A stretch of 19,614 nucleotides of DNA, taken from positions 1-19,614 of IMG/VR virus record IMGVR_UViG_2609459791_000004; one strand, given 5' to 3'. The stretch comes from a virus. Its lineage: Duplodnaviria; Heunggongvirae; Uroviricota; Caudoviricetes. Position numbers and translations under genes: made by a program. Under the pieces are notes generated by a model that worked only from the letters and a program-made list of their open reading frames with translations, made no database searches and had not been told where the DNA came from. The number at the start of each line of letters is the position of its first letter. The first letter of the stretch is position 1. This document shows, piece by piece, positions 9,524 to 16,377 of this stretch.

Positions 9524-9689
9524 TAATAACCGCCAGTAAGTTCTATTAATCTGGGAAAATTAACCGTGATAAATGAAGTATAGCGACTTCCTTCATTGCT
9601 ATGCAATCATACGATTGTTTCATTACATTGAATCAATTCTCACTCAGAACTGTATCTTAAATTGTGCATAATGTCTGGACTGAGAGTGC

Positions 9690-9715
9690 AAAAAAAAGAC
9701 CGGCGATTGCCGGTC
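9690..9715 (-). terminator. rho-independent terminator downstream of alpha
   Basis: On the minus strand, hairpin GACCGGC-aatc-GCCGGTC followed by T8, about 10 nt after the alpha stop. Confidence 0.7.
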
Positions 9716-9723
9716 AGGTCAGG

Positions 9724-12057
9724 TTATTTCGCTAGGGGGTCATCACATTTCGGCAGCCAGTCGGCGTTGCTTTCCTCTCTTAACGCGAGATTGGTTTGTA
9801 TGCCCTGATTTTTTCGGCGCTTCTCATAACTTAGCCCGTACTCTTTCAGCATGGCTGGCAGCCCCTTACCGAACATGGTGAGGCTGAGAGTATTCCTGTA
9901 GCCGTGGGCTTCCATATACGCCAGATAGGCATGATACAAATACAGGCGCGGCTGACGCGGAATGATGTTGGCATTGCCAATATACATGCCCTCAGGCTCC
10001 GGCAGTGCCTCCAGATAGCCACAAAAATCAAAGGCCGGATCGGCGTCGCGTTTGATGCTGAGTGCCTCGTCGGAGTTCTGCTGTGACTGGAGCAGGGCAC
10101 GCGCTGTCATCGGGTTGCTGAACTTCTGCATAAGCTGGCGCACAATCACGGCCAGCTCGCGCGCAATTTTATCCCTGAGCTGCGGGTCGCGTTCCTCCGG
10201 GGCAATCTGCTCAGGGAAGTGGATGATTACCCGGCGACGGGAAACACCGCCGCTGCGGTCGGTAAAGCGCATCGGGTTATTGTTCACGGCCAGAATCACC
10301 GCAGGAATATGGGTGGAGTACGCATCCTTGTATTTCGGGTCAACGGAGACCGCATCCCCGCCGGTGATGGCCTTGAGTCCTGCCCCGTCACCGCTCCATT
10401 TCTCCTGGTCAGGCAGACGGATTAGCGAGAAGCCAATCAGCGCAGCACGTTCACGCGGCGACTCCAGCGTTTCGATAGTGGCCGATGTGGCGTTATCTTC
10501 CCCGGCAAGCATGGTCGCAATTTCGGCCAGAATACTTTTTCCGCTGCCACCGGGTCCGGTCACCTCAAGAAAGAGCTGCCAGTCGTAACGGTTCGCCAGC
10601 ACCATAAACAGCGCGGCCAGAATCACGTCGCGTTTTTCCGGTTTGCCACCGGCGGCGCGGTCGAGCCAGCGCCAGAACTCCGGGGCGTGGGTTTCCAGCG
10701 TTTCCCCCTCTACCGGTGGGGTAAAATCGACATCACAGAGTGTGCGCAGCCAGTGCGATTTATGGTGTGGGCTGAAAGTACCCGTGGCGGTATCGAGTAC
10801 TCCGTTACGAAAGCCAATCAGACGCCGTGCCGGGGCATCCTGCTGCGGAATAATCAGTTTCAGGGTCTCCACCACTGAGGCAATTTTCCCCGACGAGAAC
10901 GGTGCGCGCAGACGCTGGAACAACCCGGCCACGTCGCGGGCAAAATCCGACGGCGGAATGATTTTCCATATCCCGGCCTCATAGCGGGACAGGAGCTGGC
11001 CGTTTGCATCCACGGCCAGCGCTTCGCCGTAATGCTCATGCACCCGCATCGCCTTTTCACTGGTGCTCATGGCGGTAAATTCTGCCTCGCTCATGGTAGC
11101 GAAAGGGCTGTCAGCCGGTGGCCGGATGGCGTCATAAATCGCTTTTCGTGTCGCCTCTTCGCCTTTCTGAACAAACGCATCATTCCAGTCACCGAATACC
11201 GGCGGCAGGGCAACAACGCCTTCACAGGCTTCTGCGGCCGCGGCGGCTTTACTCTGACCATCGCCGTTCAGGTCACGGTCGGCGGCGAGGACAATCTGAC
11301 AGGCCGGGTGTTTCTGGCGGACAAGGCTCGCCAGAGAAAGGAGGTTCACGGACGACAGTGCCACCATGACGGTTTCACCGGTCAGGTGATGCACGGTGAG
11401 CGCGGTCGCATAGCCCTCCGCTATCCACAGGCGTTTTCCGGCCTGTTTCTTCCCTTCGATGACATGACATGCTCCTTTAACCTGACCGCCCTTCAGGGTG
11501 CGTTTGAGACCGTCAGAATTGATGAGCTGAAGGTTTACCAGCGCGCCGGTATCGTCATACAGCGGGACAACCACATCCCCGGCGCGGAACGTCACGCCGC
11601 CGGTTTTATGCATGACCGTAAGTACCGGACATTCCCGGTCGGGGAAGCCCTTGCGGGTCAGGTAGGCGTTGCCGCTGGCAGGTTGGGTTTTCTCCATGAG
11701 CCTGACGGTCAGTGCGGCCGCCGCTTTGCGGTCAGCCTCCGTTTCAGCCTCTGCGGCCGCAATCACTTCGGGGGCAACCGGTGGCAGGTTGCCGGTCACG
11801 GCGTCCACCCTCCCGGCAGCCTCTGATGCGGTCACGCCAAACACTTTCTCGACCAGCTTAAGACCGTCACCCGCACCGCACTGGTTACAGAACCACGTCC
11901 CGCGTCCCTCTTTATCGTCAAAGCGGAAACGGTCAGAGCCGCCGCACATCGGGCAGGCCTGATGCCGGTTTTTCATGACCTTCACACCAAGCGCCGGAAG
12001 AATGCGCGGCCAGTGGCCGCACGCCTGTTTTACCGTCTCTGTTACGTTCATTTTCAT
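9724..12057 (-). CDS. P4 alpha-type bifunctional primase-helicase
   Basis: 777 aa, the same length as P4 alpha. N-terminal zinc-binding CPMCGGSD...FCNQC, primase motif EGYATA, Walker A GPGGSGKS. GAGGGAG Shine-Dalgarno upstream of the ATG at 12057. Confidence 0.9.
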   Translation of the reverse strand: MKMNVTETVKQACGHWPRILPALGVKVMKNRHQACPMCGGSDRFRFDDKEGRGTWFCNQCGAGDGLKLVEKVFGVTASEAAGRVDAVTGNLPPVAPEVIAAAEAETEADRKAAAALTVRLMEKTQPASGNAYLTRKGFPDRECPVLTVMHKTGGVTFRAGDVVVPLYDDTGALVNLQLINSDGLKRTLKGGQVKGACHVIEGKKQAGKRLWIAEGYATALTVHHLTGETVMVALSSVNLLSLASLVRQKHPACQIVLAADRDLNGDGQSKAAAAAEACEGVVALPPVFGDWNDAFVQKGEEATRKAIYDAIRPPADSPFATMSEAEFTAMSTSEKAMRVHEHYGEALAVDANGQLLSRYEAGIWKIIPPSDFARDVAGLFQRLRAPFSSGKIASVVETLKLIIPQQDAPARRLIGFRNGVLDTATGTFSPHHKSHWLRTLCDVDFTPPVEGETLETHAPEFWRWLDRAAGGKPEKRDVILAALFMVLANRYDWQLFLEVTGPGGSGKSILAEIATMLAGEDNATSATIETLESPRERAALIGFSLIRLPDQEKWSGDGAGLKAITGGDAVSVDPKYKDAYSTHIPAVILAVNNNPMRFTDRSGGVSRRRVIIHFPEQIAPEERDPQLRDKIARELAVIVRQLMQKFSNPMTARALLQSQQNSDEALSIKRDADPAFDFCGYLEALPEPEGMYIGNANIIPRQPRLYLYHAYLAYMEAHGYRNTLSLTMFGKGLPAMLKEYGLSYEKRRKNQGIQTNLALREESNADWLPKCDDPLAK

Positions 12058-12071
12058 CGTTATTTTCTCCC

Positions 12072-12392
12072 TCAGTGCATGACAGGCGATGTGATATGAC
12101 GGGCACAGAGCTCATCCATCACGGCCAGCCCGAGGAAGGACAGCGACGGGGCAGCTTTCAGTGGTCCGGCTTCCATTAAATCTTCCAGCAGTGCACAGGC
12201 AATCTGGCGGCCTTTTTCCTCGCCGTGCTGGCGCAGGTAGAAGCCCTCCAGCTCGGCGGCAATGGCGCTTTCCAGCGCGTCAAGGGTGAGGTGTGGGTAG
12301 CGGCACTGGCGTTCGCACAGGGTCAGCCATGCACAGGCCACGGCGCGCCGATATAGCGCGGCGCGTAATACGGGCGGTAATGGCTTTTTCAT
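12072..12392 (-). CDS. P4-like left-operon protein (orf upstream of alpha)
   Basis: 106-aa ORF immediately upstream of alpha; its start overlaps the stop of the preceding small ORF by 4 nt. GC-rich backbone composition. Confidence 0.5.
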   Translation of the reverse strand: MKKPLPPVLRAALYRRAVACAWLTLCERQCRYPHLTLDALESAIAAELEGFYLRQHGEEKGRQIACALLEDLMEAGPLKAAPSLSFLGLAVMDELCARHITSPVMH

Positions 12393-12616
12393 ACGTTGCC
12401 CTCCCCGGTCAGCCAGCGCTGATTGCAGCGCTCTACCACGCCGTCGAGCTGGGCGGTCATAAGGTAAATCACGGAGGTGAGTTGCGACTGCTGTGCAGGG
12501 TCACGACGAACGGTCGCGCAGTCCTGCACCTGCATCAGCTCGTTGACGAGCTGGCCGACGTTGCGCATGTGCTCCAGACATTCGAGGTCACGGGCGCTAA
12601 TCGTGGTGTGTCTCAT
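12389..12616 (-). CDS. small P4-like left-operon protein (possibly Eps or Icd-like)
   Basis: 75-aa ORF with 4-nt overlaps to both neighbouring ORFs (12613-12616 and 12389-12392). Identity is guessed from position only. Confidence 0.4.
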   Translation of the reverse strand: MRHTTISARDLECLEHMRNVGQLVNELMQVQDCATVRRDPAQQSQLTSVIYLMTAQLDGVVERCNQRWLTGEGNV

Positions 12617-12807
12617 GCACGCACCTCCGCAACCGGCAGGCGGCCAGCGAACGAGAGGACGTAATCGCGAACAAGGGAACGACGTGCAGCGTGTTCATCA
12701 CCGGCAACGGTGCGGAGCATACAGATACGGGGTTTACGGTCTGCACGACGAACGGCGGCAAACACAAAAACAAACTGCGGGTGTGACGGGGTGAGGATAG
12801 TAGCCAT
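12613..12807 (-). CDS. small P4-like left-operon protein (64 aa)
   Basis: Internal ATG of the long ORF-track frame, with GGAGG 8 nt upstream; stop overlaps the next ORF. The rest of the 185-aa frame is low-complexity and covers the leader region. Confidence 0.35.
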   Translation of the reverse strand: MATILTPSHPQFVFVFAAVRRADRKPRICMLRTVAGDEHAARRSLVRDYVLSFAGRLPVAEVRA

Positions 12808-12829
12808 GATGGCAGCCTCCATTGAGTAG

Positions 12830-13015
12830 CGGTTACTGCTACCACCGGAAACGCCAATTTCACTGGTGGCAGCCCGAACGGGGTTGGCGTAACCGGCCTC
12901 AATGGATACCGGCCAGCCCGAAGGCTGCCCCGCCCGGACTACCATTATCTTGCTGGAACCATGGTGTATAAAAAGACACCACAGCCCGGAAAATGGGTGT
13001 GCCTGAGCTACGACG
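12830..13015 (-). ncRNA. candidate P4-type immunity leader (CI RNA and seq-like repeats)
   Basis: Noncoding stretch between the leader terminator and the first small ORF. Repeated AGCCCGAA (12871-12878 and 12915-12922) and GGCGTT(T)CC elements, plus hairpin CAGCC-cgaa-GGCTG. Position matches the P4 cI region. Exact RNA ends not determinable here. Confidence 0.25.
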
Positions 13016-13038
13016 AAAAAAAAGACGCACGGCGCGTC
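13016..13038 (-). terminator. leader terminator downstream of the PLE-like promoter
   Basis: On the minus strand, hairpin GACGC-gccgt-GCGTC followed by T8, about 60-80 nt downstream of the predicted start. Confidence 0.4.
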
Positions 13039-13101
13039 TGGTGTCGCCATTGAGTTTCGCGGAACGCCAATTCCGGCTGTCGATTTTGCGACAGCGGGAA
13101 A

Positions 13102-13131
13102 ACTATACCTGGAAACGGCGAAAAGAAGCAA
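13102..13131 (-). promoter_or_regulatory. sigma70-like promoter, candidate P4 PLE
   Basis: On the minus strand, TTGCTT-N18-TATAGT. A 7-bp stem-loop (GCTGTCG/CGACAGC) lies at the predicted transcript 5' end. Confidence 0.4.
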
Positions 13132-13166
13132 GCCAGAAAAAGGGTCTGTTTGCTGAACGGTCATCA

Positions 13167-13433
13167 TCATGCGTCATAGCCCCGGTTGCGTTCGGCAATA
13201 CGATCCGCCATCCATGCTGTGATTTCAGACTGCGCCCACGCCACGTTTTTTCCGCCCAGGCTGATTTGTTTCGGGAAAGCCTCGCGGCTGATGAGGTCGT
13301 AAATGGTTGACCGGGACAGGCCGCACAGATGCATCACTTCAGGCAGGCGGATAAAGCGCTCCTGAACGGCATCAGAAACCGGCATCAGTGGTGCGGCAGG
13401 GGCAGAAGACGGGGAAGAAAAAGCGGTGTGCAT
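13167..13433 (-). CDS. AlpA/Vis-family DNA-binding regulator or excisionase
   Basis: 88 aa with [32 protein letters not shown], typical of AlpA/Vis HTH proteins. GAGGT Shine-Dalgarno upstream. Confidence 0.8.
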   Translation of the reverse strand: MHTAFSSPSSAPAAPLMPVSDAVQERFIRLPEVMHLCGLSRSTIYDLISREAFPKQISLGGKNVAWAQSEITAWMADRIAERNRGYDA

Positions 13434-13699
13434 CGGGCTACCTCATAATGTCCATACAGTGCCGGTCATGTCCGTCCGGCTTCGGGTAGCTCCTTATTAT
13501 GTCTATATTTTTCCTCAGGTCATGTGAGATTTTCGGGGAAACAAACATTGACTTTTCGCTCTGGCAAACAAAGACAAACGCTGGCAAAGATATGCAAATC
13601 ACTGCATTACAATGCAGCAATTTCTATTGCTTTTAGTTATACATTTTTCATTTTTAATCGAAATAAAATCTAAGTGGTTTGGACAGAGCAAAACAGGAG

Positions 13700-13804
13700 G
13701 GTGAACAGTGGTGAACAGAGGGTGAACAGTCAGACCCTCAACTGTTCACCCTTTATCTTACTGTATTACTTATATTTTTATTTAAGGTGAACAGTGGTGA
13801 ATAG
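13700..13804. repeat. iteron cluster resembling the P4 replication origin
   Basis: GGTGAACA at 13700-13707, 13710-13717, 13721-13728 and 13786-13793; inverted TGTTCACC at 13743-13750; degenerate GGTGAATA at 13797-13804. Includes an 11-bp inverted repeat GGGTGAACAGT-N10-ACTGTTCACCC. Flanked by A/T-rich DNA. Confidence 0.6.
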
Positions 13805-13880
13805 TTATAAGTAAAAAAACAAACGGTGAGTAAGGTTTTGCTGAGACCTTTCTCTGGCCAGCCGGGTTTTAAGTGTTGTT

Positions 13881-13898
13881 TGTGCCAGAACTGCCACA
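13881..13898 (+). promoter_or_regulatory. TGT-N12-ACA element, candidate Delta/Ogr activator site of the sid promoter
   Basis: TGTgccagaactgccACA centred about 81 nt upstream of the sid ATG. P2/P4 late promoters are known to carry a TGT-N12-ACA dyad around -55. Confidence 0.45.
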
Positions 13899-13970
13899 AC
13901 TGCAATGAATCGAGATGTTGTGTGATGAAGGGCAGAATCATTTCAGGTTGAATAAACGGAGAGCCTGAAC

Positions 13971-14714
13971 ATGAAACCCGAAACAGTCATTACCGCCCTG
14001 CAAGACGTTGCCGCCAAGCAGTACGCAGAGAACAGCCAGCACGTCACCGACAAGCTGAGCGTATTTACTGCGGCAAGAGACACCCACGCGGCCAGCATGC
14101 AGGTACTGAAAGAGATTGATACGTCCATTCAACGCTGTAAGCAGGAGCGGCAGACCGCTCTCGATGAGAGCGCAGAAGCGGAGCAGGACTGGCGCAGCCG
14201 CTTTCGCACCCTGCGCGGCAGTCTTACCCCTGAAATGAAAGCTGAGCACAGCAGGCGTATCGCCAGCCGCGAGCTGGCCGACGAGTTCACCAGCCTGATT
14301 GCCGAGCTGGAGGCCGACCGGACGCGCGCCATGCTGACTGCCTGCTCCACCGGCAATAAATACCTTTCAGCGCATGAAGATGCCTTTACCGCTTATGCCG
14401 GTGCGGAATGGGCTCAGGCTGTCAATGCGGTTCCTGTCACCCTCATCCGCGCTTTCCTGCTGCGCATTCGTGCCCTCGAAATGAAGGGAGAAAGCGCCCC
14501 GCAGTCCGTGGCCACTGGCGAGCTGCGCGATGCGCTGAGTCGTCAGGGCAGCCTGTATCACTTCGATATGACGCAGGAGCCGGTGTTGTCCGTGACGGGC
14601 ATGCACCGGCCGCAGATTACAGGCGTGGATACGGAGCTGTTACGCAGCCCTGCGAAGAGAATGATGCTCGCCAGAAAGCTGGCTGAAAATGGCGAGACAG
14701 AAGCGGAGGGGTAA
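13971..14714 (+). CDS. sid: P4 Sid-like capsid size determination protein
   Basis: 247 aa, alpha-helical charged composition, first gene of the sid-delta-psu block. GGAGAG Shine-Dalgarno. Confidence 0.75.
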   Translation: MKPETVITALQDVAAKQYAENSQHVTDKLSVFTAARDTHAASMQVLKEIDTSIQRCKQERQTALDESAEAEQDWRSRFRTLRGSLTPEMKAEHSRRIASRELADEFTSLIAELEADRTRAMLTACSTGNKYLSAHEDAFTAYAGAEWAQAVNAVPVTLIRAFLLRIRALEMKGESAPQSVATGELRDALSRQGSLYHFDMTQEPVLSVTGMHRPQITGVDTELLRSPAKRMMLARKLAENGETEAEG

Positions 14715-14716
14715 GC

Positions 14717-14935
14717 ATGTTTCACTGCCCGTTCTGCAAAACCAGCGCGCATTCCCGCACCAGTCGCTATCTGTCCGATAACGTCAAACAGCGCTATCAC
14801 CAGTGCATGAACATCGAGTGCTCGGCCACGTTCCGCACGCTTGAATCCATCGACGGGGTTATTCGTTCACCGGTAACAGAGCCGGTCATCCCTGTACCCG
14901 CACCGGCGGCCACCGTTAACCGTGCCGGTGCGTAA
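14717..14935 (+). CDS. Delta (Ogr-family zinc-finger late activator), single-domain form
   Basis: 72 aa MFHCPFCKTSAHSRTSRYLSDNVKQRYHQCMNIECSATF with the same Cys spacing as Ogr. Starts 3 nt after the sid stop. Confidence 0.8.
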   Translation: MFHCPFCKTSAHSRTSRYLSDNVKQRYHQCMNIECSATFRTLESIDGVIRSPVTEPVIPVPAPAATVNRAGA

Positions 14936-14963
14936 GCACGGCCAGTCATCAGGAGAAACATAC

Positions 14964-15527
14964 GTGACCACACTGACGCTACAGAAAGCCTTTGAGACCT
15001 GTCAGGCAAACAAATCCGCCTGGCTGCAACGCAGGGAAGAACTGACGCAGGCCGAACAGGCATACCGCGAACAGCTTGCCGGCAGCGGGCACAGCGGCCG
15101 GAGCCTGCAAACGCTACGTGAAATTATTGACGTGAAAAAATGGGAAATTAATCAGGCTGCCGGTCGCTATATCCGCTCGCATGAGGAGGTGCAGCGCATC
15201 AGCATCCGCGACCGATTAAATGATTTTATGCAGGCGCACGGCGCGGAGCTGGCCGCCGCCCTCGCCCCGGAGCTGATGAATTATCCCGGGCAACACCCCG
15301 CCATTCAGCGCTGCGCCATGCAGCACTCACTCGACTGTCTGCGTGAGGCGCTACAGGTCTGGCTGGCCGTTGGTGAAAAAATTAATTATTCGGCGCAGGA
15401 CAATGACATTTTAACGGCCATCGGATTCAGGCCTGACGCGGCTTCGCGCGATGATAGCCGTGAAAAATTCACACCTGCACAGAACCTGAATTACACCCGC
15501 CGTCGTGCAGAACTGGCTGCGCAGTAG
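14964..15527 (+). CDS. psu: P4 Psu-like polarity suppression protein
   Basis: GTG at 14964 preceded by AGGAG with 9-nt spacing, giving about 187 aa, close to P4 Psu. Last gene before the cos-like region. Confidence 0.75.
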   Translation: MTTLTLQKAFETCQANKSAWLQRREELTQAEQAYREQLAGSGHSGRSLQTLREIIDVKKWEINQAAGRYIRSHEEVQRISIRDRLNDFMQAHGAELAAALAPELMNYPGQHPAIQRCAMQHSLDCLREALQVWLAVGEKINYSAQDNDILTAIGFRPDAASRDDSREKFTPAQNLNYTRRRAELAAQ

Positions 15528-15573
15528 TCCTTTCAAAAATCCCCAAAAATCCCGCCATTTTTACGTAAAAAAG

Positions 15574-15600
15574 CCATGCATGCATAAGGTGCATGGTTTT
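15574..15600 (+). terminator. rho-independent terminator after psu
   Basis: Hairpin CCATGCA-tgcataagg-TGCATGG followed by TTTT. Confidence 0.6.
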
Positions 15601-15693
15601 GCATGCGCTTTACCGACACTGTATTCCCCGCCAGCGCCAGCACTGGCGCGCCCTGAGGCCGGTCATGCGCCTGCATTAAAAGCGCCCCCTTAA

Positions 15694-15718
15694 GCGGGCA
15701 GGCGGGGCGGGGAGAGCA
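15694..15718. other. candidate cos site
   Basis: GCGGGCAGGCGGGGCGGGGAGAGCA resembles the P2/P4 19-nt cohesive end as I recall it (GGCGAGGCGGGGAAAGCAC). Sits between psu and the cargo hotspot, where P4 cos lies. Confidence 0.3.
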
Positions 15719-15896
15719 TTGCGCGCCATAGGCTCTTATCATTTATTTGATATATCTTTTTAGAAACTGCGAAACAGACTAAAAAATCATGATCATCCCT
15801 TTGATTTGTAGGTAGAATTCGATCAATAGTATGAGTTGATTGGATGCTGATACAAAAGCTATTTAACTATACATTTGATGTCATGGAGGGGTTATA

Positions 15897-16370
15897 TTGT
15901 TTAAGCGGAAAAATAAAAATTCAGTTCCTTCATTTACACAAGATTTTCATTATCTTACTGCCCTCATTCAGCATTTAGGTGCTCATGAGAAATGGAATAG
16001 CAGAACACCAAGGAATATAGCCGACAGTCTTGGGATGGATATAAATGAAGTCGAAAGAGTTTTGCGGTCATACCCGGCATTCTTCAGGCGGTCGGGAAAC
16101 CTTAGTACTCAAGGAGAACCGCTTTTCATGATTCATTTGCGATATGCGAGAAGAAGACGAAATGCCGATGATGGTTCACGAGAGTCCCCACCTGTTGAAC
16201 CAGCTGAACTAGGTATGATGCTAGATCTTGTTACTAAAATGATTGCAGTGGAAGAGCAAGGTAGGCGGTTGTCAGTTGATGAAAGAAATAACAGTCTTAA
16301 ATTGTGGTTGGCGATATTGCTTGCAGCTATTTCAACATTAACCACCTTGGCTGTAGCATATATAAAATGA
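15897..16370 (+). CDS. small C-terminally membrane-anchored protein with a possible HTH-like segment; first gene of the hotspot operon
   Basis: 157 aa with TTG start 7 nt after GGAGG. C-terminal hydrophobic helix LKLWLAILLAAISTLTTLAVAYI. Segment RNIADSLGMDINEVERVLRS resembles a helix-turn-helix. AT-rich. Confidence 0.55.
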   Translation: MFKRKNKNSVPSFTQDFHYLTALIQHLGAHEKWNSRTPRNIADSLGMDINEVERVLRSYPAFFRRSGNLSTQGEPLFMIHLRYARRRRNADDGSRESPPVEPAELGMMLDLVTKMIAVEEQGRRLSVDERNNSLKLWLAILLAAISTLTTLAVAYIK

Positions 16371-16377
16371 GGTTCAT

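Noticed and set aside
9846-11962. Many 60-260-aa ORFs on both strands inside alpha (for example 10052-10588 and 11032-11826)
   Set aside because: Shadow frames typical of GC-rich coding DNA; they lie within or antisense to a well-supported 777-aa gene.
12808-13170. Upstream two-thirds of the 185-aa minus-strand ORF
   Set aside because: Low-complexity translation that spans the predicted PLE promoter, leader terminator and repeat-containing leader. Only the last 64 codons have a Shine-Dalgarno and operon-like overlap.
13438-13620. 60-aa minus-strand ORF upstream of vis
   Set aside because: Lies in the divergent promoter region with no Shine-Dalgarno; more likely regulatory DNA.
8584-13804. 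Possible CRISPR array suggested by the short direct repeats
   Set aside because: Units are 8 bp, adjacent or irregularly spaced, in both orientations and without spacer-sized intervals. They fit replication iterons, not CRISPR.
14922-14963. Longer psu start at the GTG at 14922
   Set aside because: It would overlap the delta C-terminus by 14 codons, and the downstream GTG at 14964 has a canonical AGGAG Shine-Dalgarno.
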